Shown: in pieces, positions 1 through 9,962 of the stretch | Layout of the letters: the number at the start of each line of letters is the position of its first letter | Position numbering within the stretch: position 1 is the stretch's first letter | Source: Aquifex sp. | GTDB taxonomy: Bacteria > Aquificota > Aquificia > Aquificales > Aquificaceae | Direction: 5' to 3' | NCBI GenBank assembly: GCA_015487405.1 | Contig: WFPV01000211.1 | Span: forward strand, 1-40,303 | DNA length: 40,303 nt | Position numbers and translations under genes: made by a program | The notes under the pieces: model-generated | Told to the model about the DNA's origin: nothing | Databases searched by the model: none | Seen by the model: only the letters and a program-made list of their open reading frames with translations

Positions 1-2357
1 TGCACGATATAGGCAAGTTCTTACAAAGGACTTCAGATCCTCCAAGTGTACGGAACAAAGAAGCCTTTGGTTATCCCCACGCTGAGCTCAGTTATAGAAT
101 TACCGAAGAAATTCTCGATGCTTTAGAAATTACCACGAAAGAGGATAGAGATCTTGTTCTCTCCGCCTGCTTCCATCACAAACCAGATACAAATTACGAA
201 AAGACTCCCCGGGAACTGTACCCTGTGAGGGTTCTTTTCAGGCTCGCGGACTGGTTTGCTTCGGTAGAGAGAAGCAAGGAAACAGAACAGGAAACCAGAA
301 AAGAGTTCAAAAGATTAAGACCCGTGTTCGAGATAGTAGATATAGAGAAAGGCCGTTCTCAGGATGAATATTTTTATAAACTCGCTCCTTTATCCCTCGG
401 AGAGAAGGGCAAGACACATCCTCTCTTTCCCATAAAAAGGAGTGAAGCCCTCGGATACGAATCGGATGAGAAAGCAAGAGCCGAACTGTGGGGAGATTAC
501 TATACCCTATACGAGGAGTTTATAAAACACGCTTTAAAGCCTAAAAACTATGAAAAAATCGGTCACAAACTCAGTTATATATATCACCTTCTGTATAAAT
601 ACACCTGGTGTGTTCCTGCATCCATTTACGATAGAGAAAACTACACATCCCACTATCCCGATATCTCCCTATTTGACCATTCACGGGTTGTTGCGGCCCT
701 TGCCTCCTCCCTTTACACGTCTCGGAACTTAGAAATCCTTAAAAGCTTTAAGGGAGATATTTACGAAACCGCTTCGCGGTTGAAGCTGGTAATTTTTGAG
801 GGAGATATAAGCGGTATTCAAAAGTTCATTTACGATATAGCAAACGTTGACGGCGTAGCAAAGCGATTAAGAGGAAGGAGCGTATTTTTAAGCTTCCTTC
901 CCGAGCTTATAGGCAGATTTATCCTAAGAGAATTAGGATACCCCTGGACGAACCTCCTTTATGCGGGAGGAGGGAAGTTCCAGGCTATAGTGGGCTACGA
1001 GGAAGATATAGAAGAGAAGTTAAAGGAGCTTTCCACAAAAGTAGAAAGGAGTTTATTGAAAACATTTGGGGGAAAACTCGGTTTTGTCATCTACCATCAT
1101 ACTCTCCACCTATCGGATGTTGCGGACTATCCGAGTGTCGTTGAAAACTTACTGGATAAGGGAGTGGAAGCCAAGAAAAGGAAGTTTATAAACGTGATTC
1201 ATGATTTTGAGGAGCTTGTCAATAAAAAACTCACAAAGGGTGTACAAAGGTGCAGCTCTTGCGGATGGGAGTTCGTTGAGAAGGAAGGTGACTTTTGCAA
1301 ACTCTGCGAGGAGTTTAAAGAACTGGGAGATGCGGTAGTAAAAAATAACATCGTACTCTTTTCTCGGAAAGCTTTGGAGAAGAAAGGGATCTTCTTAGAA
1401 AACATAGGGGGTGTTTACCTTACACAAAAGCCGCCGTCAAATGAAGACTTTGAAGATGCCTTCCTTATAAACTCTCCCGAAGAGTTTGAAGCGGAACATC
1501 TCGTTACCGGATTTCGCTTTCTCGCTAACGTTGTTCCGAAGGACGGCGAAGGTGTGAAGAGTTTCGAAGAAATAGCTGAAGGGATTGAAGAGGGCGACAG
1601 AAAACTCGCTTACGTTCTGGCGGACGTGGACAATCTCGGATATATATTTATGGACGGACTTGGGGAGAAATACACAATATCGCGTGTAGCAACTCTGAGT
1701 AGAAGCCTGGACCTCTTTTTCTCGGGATATCTCAACACTCTCTTCGAAAAAGAGGAATACAGGGGTAAGATTTACACCCTTTACGCGGGAGGAGACGACC
1801 TTTTTATAATCGCTCCTTGGGAAGTAGCGATAAAGGTGGCACAAAACGTAAGAAAAGATTTCGGAGAATACACCTGTCATAACCCCTCTTTTGGTCTTTC
1901 TTGCGGAATATTCACGGCTAACTATACCTATCCCGTTAGGCTGGCTTACGAGGGAGTGGAAAAGGCCGAAGATAGAGCAAAGGAAAATCCCGGTAAAGAC
2001 AGCGTATGTGCCCTCGGAGAGGTGTTAAAGTGGGAAGAGCTCGAGAACGCACTCAGGGAAGCCGAGAACCTTGCAGAGCATATAAAGCTCGGAAACATTC
2101 CCCGGACGAGCTTCTACAAATTCTATCTTCTTCTCAGGCAGTTCAGGGAGGAGGAAAAGGAGGAGGATAGGTATATGTTTTACCCCCTCTTCTTCTACTT
2201 TGTCAGGAGGAACATAAAAGAGAAGTTTCAGGAAATATTTGTAAAAACCTTCTTGGATGAGAATAAAGAGGTAAAAAAGAACGCTTTATTTATTGCTAAA
2301 TACGTCCTTATGAAAACAAGGGATGTCAGAAAAAGGACTGAGGAAACGTTTAAATAA
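1..2357 (+). CDS. cas10: Type III-A CRISPR large subunit Cas10/Csm1 (5' end outside window)
   Basis: Frame is open from base 3 (HDIGKF HD motif, YPH, CFHH, ADWFAS) into ORF 225..2357. Also has PDISLFDHSR, GDISGIQKFIY, a CxxC..CxxC Zn finger, DVDNLG and YAGGDD palm motifs. Confidence 0.97.
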   Translation, partial: HDIGKFLQRTSDPPSVRNKEAFGYPHAELSYRITEEILDALEITTKEDRDLVLSACFHHKPDTNYEKTPRELYPVRVLFRLADWFASVERSKETEQETRKEFKRLRPVFEIVDIEKGRSQDEYFYKLAPLSLGEKGKTHPLFPIKRSEALGYESDEKARAELWGDYYTLYEEFIKHALKPKNYEKIGHKLSYIYHLLYKYTWCVPASIYDRENYTSHYPDISLFDHSRVVAALASSLYTSRNLEILKSFKGDIYETASRLKLVIFEGDISGIQKFIYDIANVDGVAKRLRGRSVFLSFLPELIGRFILRELGYPWTNLLYAGGGKFQAIVGYEEDIEEKLKELSTKVERSLLKTFGGKLGFVIYHHTLHLSDVADYPSVVENLLDKGVEAKKRKFINVIHDFEELVNKKLTKGVQRCSSCGWEFVEKEGDFCKLCEEFKELGDAVVKNNIVLFSRKALEKKGIFLENIGGVYLTQKPPSNEDFEDAFLINSPEEFEAEHLVTGFRFLANVVPKDGEGVKSFEEIAEGIEEGDRKLAYVLADVDNLGYIFMDGLGEKYTISRVATLSRSLDLFFSGYLNTLFEKEEYRGKIYTLYAGGDDLFIIAPWEVAIKVAQNVRKDFGEYTCHNPSFGLSCGIFTANYTYPVRLAYEGVEKAEDRAKENPGKDSVCALGEVLKWEELENALREAENLAEHIKLGNIPRTSFYKFYLLLRQFREEEKEEDRYMFYPLFFYFVRRNIKEKFQEIFVKTFLDENKEVKKNALFIAKYVLMKTRDVRKRTEETFK

Positions 2358-2372
2358 AAAGGAGGGGTAGTT

Positions 2373-2801
2373 ATGAAGGGCTACAAATCGAAAGACAACG
2401 CCGGGGAAAATAAACTGGAAGAATTGATACAGAGATTAAAGAACGAACCTATGGACAAAATCCACGTCCGAGAGCTCGTAAAACCCGGTGGGTACGCCCA
2501 CAAAATAGTCGATAAATTAGGTGTTAAACGTTCACAGCTTAGAAGAATATTTGCCGAGATGAAAGAGATTTTCGAAAGAGTAAAGGAAAAAGGAAGGGTA
2601 GATGAAGAAATCGAGGTAAAGTTCTACATGCTCTACCCCATAATCGAATACCAGAAAAACAGAGGTATTATCAAAGAACCCTTTGCAGAACTGATGAAAG
2701 CTCTGCTCGACAACCTCGAAAAGTATAAAACTCCTTCTAACTTTGAACAAGCTGAAAGGTTTTTAACAGCGCTCGTCGCTTACATGAGGAGGGAGGCTTG
2801 A
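2373..2801 (+). CDS. csm2: Type III-A small subunit Csm2 (Cas11)
   Basis: SQLRRIF motif and C-terminal FLTALVAY; lies between cas10 and csm3; GGAGG SD upstream. Confidence 0.93.
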   Translation: MKGYKSKDNAGENKLEELIQRLKNEPMDKIHVRELVKPGGYAHKIVDKLGVKRSQLRRIFAEMKEIFERVKEKGRVDEEIEVKFYMLYPIIEYQKNRGIIKEPFAELMKALLDNLEKYKTPSNFEQAERFLTALVAYMRREA

Positions 2802-2802
2802 T

Positions 2803-3642
2803 ATGAAGTATAAAGGCTCTTTCATAATCGAGTACAAGCTGAGGGCTATAACGGGTTTGAGGGTGGGAGGCTCGAGGGAAGAGTTTGATATAGGGGGAAC
2901 CGATAATCCCGTTATCAAGTTGCCGGTAGAAATTCCTGAATTCTACGAAGATGGCTCATCCATCCCTAAGGAAGCACCCTACATACCCGGTTCCTCTATA
3001 AAGGGAAAGATAAGGAGCCTCCTTGAGTGGGTTTACGGAAACGTGGAGAGAATGTACGCAAAATATGGAAATGCCAAAATAGATGAGGCAGGTAAACCCT
3101 GCGATTGCGGGGAGTGTGAAATCTGTAAAGTTTTCGGAACGGGTGACGCAAAGACCTTGGATGAACTTGCGAAGCGAGGTAAAGAGCTTCCGGGACCTCC
3201 CAGGGCAAAATTTTTCGACGCATATCCCACGAAGGATACCTTAGAGAGACTCGAAAGGGTTTTAGGAAAGGGATTGTTTACAGAAGTAAAGACTGAGAAT
3301 CAAATAAACAGGATAACTTCAAAAGCTAACCCCAGGAAAGTCGAAAGGGTTCCCGCAGGTGCAGAGTTCGAGGGAAGAATAGTTTTCGACTGTTATAAGG
3401 AGAATGACCACGAGCTCATTCCCATAATTTTCCACGGAATGAAGAAACTTGAGGACAACTTCCTCGGAGGATACGGCTCCAGAGGCTCGGGAAGAATAGA
3501 GTTTAGGGAAATAACGATTACCTGGAGACCTGCGGACTTCTACAAGGGCTTAGGACAAGAACATAAAGTAGGACCCCTAAAGGGTGTAGATGAAGTCCTT
3601 GAAAAGTTGGGGGAGATTAAAAAGCTATGCTCCTCAGGGTAG
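2803..3642 (+). CDS. csm3: Type III-A RAMP backbone RNase Csm3 (Cas7)
   Basis: TGLRVGG, IGGTDNPVIK (catalytic Asp retained), PYIPGSSIKGKIRS, Cys cluster, LGGYGSRGSG glycine-rich loop. Confidence 0.96.
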   Translation: MKYKGSFIIEYKLRAITGLRVGGSREEFDIGGTDNPVIKLPVEIPEFYEDGSSIPKEAPYIPGSSIKGKIRSLLEWVYGNVERMYAKYGNAKIDEAGKPCDCGECEICKVFGTGDAKTLDELAKRGKELPGPPRAKFFDAYPTKDTLERLERVLGKGLFTEVKTENQINRITSKANPRKVERVPAGAEFEGRIVFDCYKENDHELIPIIFHGMKKLEDNFLGGYGSRGSGRIEFREITITWRPADFYKGLGQEHKVGPLKGVDEVLEKLGEIKKLCSSG

Positions 3643-4559
3643 ATTTTAAGCCTCTTTCACCCTTTAAGACTTTTCCCGAAAGCTTTACTCTGTTCGGCTC
3701 CATATGTTGGGGAGTAAGGGTTTTATACGGAAAGAATGAAGTAGAGAGCTTGCTTGAAGCCTTTCTGGAAAAGCCCCCTTTTATTCTCTCCTCCCCGCTT
3801 CCGAGATTCAGGGAAGATATACTCTTTCCGAAACCTGCCTTGCAGGGTGGGTGGAAGGGCGTAAGGAACACTGAAGAATACAAAGAAAAAAAGGCTTTCA
3901 AAAAAGTTCAGTATATAAGCACGGATACATTACTAAAAATTCTTAAAGGAGAGATAAAAACAGAAAAGGAGCTGTGGGAAGAAGTTAAAAGTAAACCAAA
4001 AATAGAGAACCCCGTCAAAAGGGTAAACGTAATCCACGCACGGATAAACAGAATTTCCTGGACCACAACGGGCGGGACTATGTACAACGAGGAAACTACT
4101 TTTATGGCAACTCCCTTTTCCGTCTACATCTATTTCTACGATGTTAGTTATGTGGAAAAAATTCAGGCGGCCTTAAGGTTTACCCAGCTTGGGGGAAATA
4201 AGTCCACGGGGATGGGGTACTGTGAGGTGAGCTTCAACCAAGATACTCTCCTGAAAGAGTTTATAGAGCATAAAACCGGCAGGTTTATTACGCTTTCTCC
4301 CGTTTTCCCCTCGGAGCATTTTGAGCTTGAGGAAAGCTATTACGATGTTTTTCCTCTTTTGTCCGCCGTGGAAGGTTATTACGAGATGCCGCTGGGGAAT
4401 TTCCTGAAAAAGAAGTTCCTGTACATAAGTAAAGGTTCCTTCATAAAGACGAAAGAGCTTAAGGATTTCCACGGAAGCCTTAAGGAGGCCCTTAGATTGC
4501 CCGATAAAGTGGTTTACCAGTACGGTTTTGCCTTTCCGCTTTACGTGAGGGGTGGGTGA
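3627..4559 (+). CDS. csm4: Type III-A RAMP Csm4 (Cas5 group)
   Basis: TLFGSICW, FILSSPLP, LGGNKSTGMG loop, C-terminal YQYGFAF; operon order. Confidence 0.94.
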   Translation: MLLRVDFKPLSPFKTFPESFTLFGSICWGVRVLYGKNEVESLLEAFLEKPPFILSSPLPRFREDILFPKPALQGGWKGVRNTEEYKEKKAFKKVQYISTDTLLKILKGEIKTEKELWEEVKSKPKIENPVKRVNVIHARINRISWTTTGGTMYNEETTFMATPFSVYIYFYDVSYVEKIQAALRFTQLGGNKSTGMGYCEVSFNQDTLLKEFIEHKTGRFITLSPVFPSEHFELEESYYDVFPLLSAVEGYYEMPLGNFLKKKFLYISKGSFIKTKELKDFHGSLKEALRLPDKVVYQYGFAFPLYVRGG

Positions 4560-5686
4560 TGAAGCTGAGGACCTTAACTCCTGTCCACGTAGGTGACGGT
4601 GAGGAGATCATACCCTGGGAGTACGAACTCGTAGGAAACAGGAAGCTGAGGGTTTACTCCTTTGAAGGCTTGCTGAAAGAGCTGGAAGAAAAACTTTCGG
4701 GCAGTGCTTTGAAAAATACTCTAAAAAGGCTCTCTCAAGATATAAAAATTAACGGATTCAAAAAGAGCCTCGGAGATTTTTTAAGAGAGAATGGCTTGAG
4801 TTTGAAATCCCTTTACGAGATTGAAAGGAAAACTTCCCTCAGACGCGGTAACGAGTATAAAGGTATAAAGAGCTTTATAAAAAGCTCCGGAAAGGTTTAC
4901 ATACCGGGTTCGGAAGTAAAGGGAGCCCTGAGAACAATCTTCATATTCGGTGCGGTGTACAGGGATCTGAAGGAGGGGAAGAAGGACAGTCTAAACTTTG
5001 TAATAAAAACCGTTGAAAATGCCTTGAAAAGCGGAAGGAGTTTGAAAGATAAAAAGTTCTGGCAGGATATAGAAAGGAAGCTTGAAAACTACTTTTTCGT
5101 AAACGGTGCTCCCGAAAGGGACGCCAAGTACGACCTGTTCAAGACGTTGAGGGTTTCCGACAGCCTTACGAGGGAACCTTCCCAAGTGCTTTACGTGGAC
5201 GATGTAACCATTTTAGGGAGCAGTAAGGTATTTTACGATCCCCATGAGCTCTTGAAGGAAGGACAAGAATTTGAGTTACGCATTGAGGTGGATGAAGATT
5301 ACAAAAAAGTTTTAAAACGCTTCCACAAAAATCCCTACATAGACCTTATTAATTGGGAATTCCTCCAAGAGAGTTCTTACAACTTTTACAGGTTTCTGCT
5401 TGCCGAAGAAGAATCCTTCTTCGAGAGATTTTCTATAGATGGGGTGCGCAGAGACTTAAGAAAGGTGAAAGAAGCCCTGTCCCGGGGTGAGTTCGTGGTT
5501 AGAATAGGAAAACACCAGGGCTTCTTGAGCTTAACGGTCATGCTCCTTGTAAAGCTCGGAGCTAAGGAGCTCTACAGGAAGTTCTACGAAAAGTTTATTT
5601 CCGCTCCCGGGAAACCCGTGAATAAAACGAGAAAAATAACCAAGGAGGGACGACTTCTCGGGTTCTGCACACTGGAGCTTTCTTGA
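4559..5686 (+). CDS. csm5: Type III-A RAMP Csm5 (Cas7 group)
   Basis: LTPVHVGDG, YIPGSEVKGALRT, LRVSDS, C-terminal LLGFC. ATG at 4559 overlaps the csm4 stop (alternative GTG at 4556). Confidence 0.94.
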   Translation: MKLRTLTPVHVGDGEEIIPWEYELVGNRKLRVYSFEGLLKELEEKLSGSALKNTLKRLSQDIKINGFKKSLGDFLRENGLSLKSLYEIERKTSLRRGNEYKGIKSFIKSSGKVYIPGSEVKGALRTIFIFGAVYRDLKEGKKDSLNFVIKTVENALKSGRSLKDKKFWQDIERKLENYFFVNGAPERDAKYDLFKTLRVSDSLTREPSQVLYVDDVTILGSSKVFYDPHELLKEGQEFELRIEVDEDYKKVLKRFHKNPYIDLINWEFLQESSYNFYRFLLAEEESFFERFSIDGVRRDLRKVKEALSRGEFVVRIGKHQGFLSLTVMLLVKLGAKELYRKFYEKFISAPGKPVNKTRKITKEGRLLGFCTLELS

Positions 5687-5694
5687 GGGGCTTT

Positions 5695-5712
5695 CTGACC
5701 GCCGTCAGGAAA
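5695..5712 (+). terminator. Short hairpin after csm5 (possible terminator or processing site)
   Basis: TTCTGAC-CGCC-GTCAGGA stem-loop about 8 nt after the csm5 stop; no U-tract on the + strand. Confidence 0.3.
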
Positions 5713-5746
5713 ACAAATACTTATATAGATTTAATATGTTTAAGCT

Positions 5747-8563
5747 ATGGGCATTCTGGATAAGCTCCTGAAAAAGGAAAGGAAAGAGGAATCGAGCGGA
5801 GAGATAAAACTCGGAGAGCTCGTATTTAAACCCTCATCCGTAAAGAGGGACCCCGATGCCAAGATAGAGGAATACTGGATAGAAACTTTGGACGTATCGG
5901 AAGACGCCTACTGGATACTGGTAGGAAGGAGGCACGGAGTATTTCAGCTTTACGACTGGGCCGGAAACCTCCACAGACTCCCTTCTAAACCGCCCGCCCA
6001 ATCCATAACCGACATAGTTTTCAGGAATAAATACCTCGGAGTAGTCGCTCCTCCCTACCTCGTTATCTACTACATGGAAAACACGAAGGACCCGAAAACC
6101 TGGAAGAGTGTAAGAATTTCTCAGGAGGGTTTAAGACCCACCGGTGGTCTTGACATAAGGAAGGGCACCTTAGCTTTCGGAGTAGTGGGAGAAAAGGTTT
6201 ACGTGATAGATATATCGGGAGACCTCTCCCAGTCCACCATAGACTTTAAGAGCACTTTCATTTACAGAGATGCGGAAATTGGTGACCTCAGAGCTATAAA
6301 ACTGCTTCCCGACGGAAGGATATTTTTGAGCGGAACCGAAGGAAGTGCCCTCTTTTCACTTATGGGAAACCTCCTCAGGAAACTCCCCTACGCGGGCGGA
6401 AGGGCGGTAACCCTGCACGAGAACAAAGTGTTTGTCGCGGACAACGAGAAGGGCAAGATAGGCGTTTACGACGCTTCCCTTGACAGAGTGGAAGGAGAAC
6501 TGGAGCTCCGGCACAGGGTAGGAGCTATAGACGTATCTCCCGAGGGAAGCTTCCTCTTTACTGCGGACGAGGAGGAGAATAGACTCGGCGTTTACGACCT
6601 CAGGACTAGCGAGTTTTTAGGTTTCGTAGAAGGATACGGATACAGCGTCCTAAGAGTAGCTCCCGACGGAACCATCTACACCTCAAGGCACGAGGAGCAG
6701 GAGGGAAAGAGACTCTACTTCTTGGAGAAGCTCGAGACGAACTTAATAGACTTCATCTATCCCAAGGACAGGCAAAAACAAATAATCAAGAACGCCGAAG
6801 GCGTATATAAAGAATTCAAAAAGAAATTAAAGGAAGCAAAGAAGGAGGAGGAGCTTGAAAACGTTAAAGAGTTAAGACAGCTTGAGGAAATCTCGGTTCC
6901 CTTAAGGGAGGTCAGGGAATTAATCCTTAAGGCACGCGAAGAGCTTGAAAGAAGAAGGTATGAGGTATTCATAGAGGAGTTAAAGAAAAAGCTCCAGGAA
7001 GGGCTCATCTCCGCGGAGGATTACAACAGGCTAAAGGAAAAGATTGAAGCCGCTACCGAAGAGTGGAAGGAAAAACTCCAGGAGCTCAAAAAACAAATTG
7101 AGGAGTTCTTTGAAAATAAGCTCAAGGAATACCTCAGTAAGGTAAAGCAGGCAATAGAGAGAGAGAAGATAACGAACGTCTCGGAGCTTGAGGCACTGCC
7201 CGAAGTCAAAGAGGCGCGTAAATTCATATCCTCCCTCCCCAGGGAGTTTTACAACTACGCGAACGAACAGCTCCTCAAGACGCTTCAGGAAAAGATAATA
7301 GAGGACAGATTAAAAACCTACTCCATAAAGCTGTACGAGGATAGGGTAGTTTTCGGAAAGGAAGAGGTTCCCAAGTTCAAAGGGGAGCCCGTTCGCTACA
7401 AGTGGCACGTTAAAGTGGAGGACAAGTTCGTTCAAGACGGAAAGGTCTTTGCGAAGATAATGTTCGAGCGTGAGGACGGGCTCATCGTTGAGCCAAAACG
7501 CTACAACAATGTCCTTGAACAGGACGAAGTAAAACACTTCCCCAGCTGGGTAAACAGGTATTTGAGACACCTGAACGGTCTTTGCTCCACCGAGCCCTAC
7601 AGAGTTCCCGACTTCGTATCCTTTGAAGAGACCCCGTGGTTCGTCCAGAACCTGGAAAGGTTTACGAGCCTCGTTAAAGAACAGCTTGAGTATCAGGAAG
7701 GAATCCTCATATTGGAGGGAGACGCCGGAGTCGGTAAGAACTTCCTCGTGGAGGTCTTCTCCGCCCTAACAAACAGACCCCTCTTCATAGTCCCCTGCAA
7801 CTCCAAGATGGAAAAAGAGGACATAACCTTCGTTTACGAGTTTGACCCAAAGAGGGGAACAAAGCGCGTGTATTCCGACCTCGTGAAGGCTCTAAAGACC
7901 CCCGGGGCGGTGATATACCTTGACGAGATAAACACACTGCCCCCCTCCCTCGTAAAAATCTTTAATCCCCTCTTTGACTACCGTAGGTATTTAGTTCTCT
8001 CTTACGGAGAAGTGGTGAAGGCAAGACCGGATGTCATACTCGTCGGCGGAATGAATCCCCAGAACTACCTCGGAGTCTCCGAGCTTCCCCAGGACATAAA
8101 GTCCCGTGCCGACATAATGTATGTGGATTACCCCCCCTTTGAGGACGAGAAGGGTTTCTACTACCCCGACGAGGCTCTAATCCTGAAGGACTACATGGAC
8201 AACTTGGTTTCCCTAAACAAGGAGGAGTTCACATACCTCTGGTATTACGTCGTGAACGACGTCAAGACCGAGCTCGGGGAGAAGCTAAACACTCCCGAGA
8301 GGGAAAAGGAGATAAGACAGCTCTTTGAGCTTCTCAAGATAGCCAACGAGATAAGGAAGGCTTACAGGGCTTACCAGACCCAGCAGTCGGAAGAGCCCGT
8401 GGAGTTCGTCTTCTCCATCCGTGACACTATCAGGTGTGCAAGGAGAATAAAGAAGTTTGGAGACGCTAAGACAACGGTTATAGAAACCATAATCCCCAAG
8501 ATAAGCTCTCCCTTAGAGAAGGAAATCGTCAGGAGCATAATAGAAAGGGCTGTGGGAGAGTAA
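5747..8563 (+). CDS. Beta-propeller + coiled-coil + MoxR/AAA_5-type AAA+ ATPase (938 aa)
   Basis: N-terminal WD40/YVTN-like repeats (DVSPEGSFLFT, RVAPDGTIYT), E/K-rich helical middle, Walker A GDAGVGKN, Walker B YLDEIN, GGMNP, DIKSR, FSIRD. Confidence 0.85.
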   Translation: MGILDKLLKKERKEESSGEIKLGELVFKPSSVKRDPDAKIEEYWIETLDVSEDAYWILVGRRHGVFQLYDWAGNLHRLPSKPPAQSITDIVFRNKYLGVVAPPYLVIYYMENTKDPKTWKSVRISQEGLRPTGGLDIRKGTLAFGVVGEKVYVIDISGDLSQSTIDFKSTFIYRDAEIGDLRAIKLLPDGRIFLSGTEGSALFSLMGNLLRKLPYAGGRAVTLHENKVFVADNEKGKIGVYDASLDRVEGELELRHRVGAIDVSPEGSFLFTADEEENRLGVYDLRTSEFLGFVEGYGYSVLRVAPDGTIYTSRHEEQEGKRLYFLEKLETNLIDFIYPKDRQKQIIKNAEGVYKEFKKKLKEAKKEEELENVKELRQLEEISVPLREVRELILKAREELERRRYEVFIEELKKKLQEGLISAEDYNRLKEKIEAATEEWKEKLQELKKQIEEFFENKLKEYLSKVKQAIEREKITNVSELEALPEVKEARKFISSLPREFYNYANEQLLKTLQEKIIEDRLKTYSIKLYEDRVVFGKEEVPKFKGEPVRYKWHVKVEDKFVQDGKVFAKIMFEREDGLIVEPKRYNNVLEQDEVKHFPSWVNRYLRHLNGLCSTEPYRVPDFVSFEETPWFVQNLERFTSLVKEQLEYQEGILILEGDAGVGKNFLVEVFSALTNRPLFIVPCNSKMEKEDITFVYEFDPKRGTKRVYSDLVKALKTPGAVIYLDEINTLPPSLVKIFNPLFDYRRYLVLSYGEVVKARPDVILVGGMNPQNYLGVSELPQDIKSRADIMYVDYPPFEDEKGFYYPDEALILKDYMDNLVSLNKEEFTYLWYYVVNDVKTELGEKLNTPEREKEIRQLFELLKIANEIRKAYRAYQTQQSEEPVEFVFSIRDTIRCARRIKKFGDAKTTVIETIIPKISSPLEKEIVRSIIERAVGE

Positions 8564-8608
8564 TTTTAGATACCTCGCTTCGCTCGGTGTTTTCCTAAAA
8601 TATTCCTT

Positions 8609-9745
8609 ATGAAATTCAACAACTTTAAAGGGGAAAGAGTATTTACGCCGGGACCAGTGGAGATTCCCGACAGAATTCGGGAAGTCCTTGGAAGGCAGAT
8701 AATCCACCACAGGACGAAGGAATTCACCGAGGCATTCTTAGAAACGAGGGAGCTCTTCAAACGGCTCGTTGATTGCCCATCGGAGAACTTCGTCTTCTTC
8801 GCCTCTTCCGGAACGGGAGCTATGGAAGCCGCAGTTCTCAACTTCTTCTCCGAAGGGGACAAAGTTATAGCGGTTGTGGGGGGAAAGTTCGGGGAGCGCT
8901 GGAGCGAGCTCGGAAAGACTTACGGTCTGAACGTAATAGACCTGAGCGTTGAGTGGGGAAAGAGCGTAAACCCCGAAGATGTGGAGAAACTCTTAAAAGA
9001 ACACCCCGACTGCAAGGGAGTTTTAGTTCAGATGTCCGAGAGCTCCACGGGAGCTTACCACGACGTCAAGGCTTTGGCGAAGATAACGAGGGACAGGGAC
9101 ACACTCCTTGTAGTTGACGCCATAACCGCCCTCGGCGTTTACAACATGAAGCCCCACGAGTGGGGAATAGACATAGTGGTGGGAGGCTCCCAAAAAGCCT
9201 TCATGCTACCGCCGGGACTCTCCATGCTATGGTTCTCAGAAAAGGCTCAAGAGAGACTAAAACCGAGGTCTTACTACTTCAACGTAAAGAAGGAAGCAGA
9301 AAAACAGAAGGAGGGACAAACCGCCTTCACACCAGCCATAAGCCTGATACTTGCCCTGAGAGAATCCTTAGAGATGCTCTTAGAGGTGGGTATGGACGAG
9401 GTTGAGAAGAAGTATTCAAAGATGTCCCAGGGAGTCCGTGAAGCCCTAAAGGAGATAGGCTGTCAAATCTTTCCCGAAAATCCCGTAATATCTTTAACCG
9501 CGGTACTCCCTCCCGAAGGCGTTAACGCGGACGAGCTCAGGAAAGCCATTCTCTCAATGGGAATAAGGCTCGCGGGCGGTCAAGGTAAAGTTAAAGGAAA
9601 GATATTCCGAATCTCCCATATGGGAATGGACTACCTTGACGTGGTTCAGGCTCTCTCCGCGATAGAGCTCGCCTTAAACCAGTTAGGTAAAAAAGTTAGA
9701 TACGGCTCCGCCGTAGGTAAGTATTTAGAGGTTATCTCTTCTTGA
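8609..9745 (+). CDS. Class V PLP aminotransferase (alanine-glyoxylate/serine-pyruvate family)
   Basis: FTPGPV, SSGTGAMEAA, VVDAIT, GGSQKAFMLPPG (PLP lysine), FRISHMG. Confidence 0.92.
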   Translation: MKFNNFKGERVFTPGPVEIPDRIREVLGRQIIHHRTKEFTEAFLETRELFKRLVDCPSENFVFFASSGTGAMEAAVLNFFSEGDKVIAVVGGKFGERWSELGKTYGLNVIDLSVEWGKSVNPEDVEKLLKEHPDCKGVLVQMSESSTGAYHDVKALAKITRDRDTLLVVDAITALGVYNMKPHEWGIDIVVGGSQKAFMLPPGLSMLWFSEKAQERLKPRSYYFNVKKEAEKQKEGQTAFTPAISLILALRESLEMLLEVGMDEVEKKYSKMSQGVREALKEIGCQIFPENPVISLTAVLPPEGVNADELRKAILSMGIRLAGGQGKVKGKIFRISHMGMDYLDVVQALSAIELALNQLGKKVRYGSAVGKYLEVISS

Positions 9746-9962
9746 GGTTCAAAATCCATTCCGCTATCCACTCCGCCTCCTGCCTGCTCACCTTTTGAGG
9801 AGGCATCTCGTAATCTCCCCACTTTCCTTTACTTCCCTTTAGGATGCTCTCCACGAGCTTCTCCTTATCTTTTTCGGAATACCTCTCACTTATCTCTTAA
9901 AAGGAAGGTCCCAAGAGTCTCCTCCTCATATCGTGGCAGTAGGGACAGCCCCTCGCCCCTAC
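9732..9962 (-). pseudogene. Cytochrome c551/c552-type pseudogene (5'-truncated, internal TAA)
   Basis: Manual translation RGCPYCHDMRRRLLGPSF*EISERY...ILKGSKGKWGDYEMPPQKVSRQEAEWIAEWILNL. CxxCH and axial MPP are present; in-frame stop at 9897-9899; no start codon or signal peptide. Confidence 0.88.

Noticed and set aside
8566-8862. Antisense and alternative-frame ORFs in the track (e.g. 8566..8862, 18050..18586, 27462..27902)
   Set aside because: They overlap well-supported genes and lack motifs; they look like shadows of biased codon usage.
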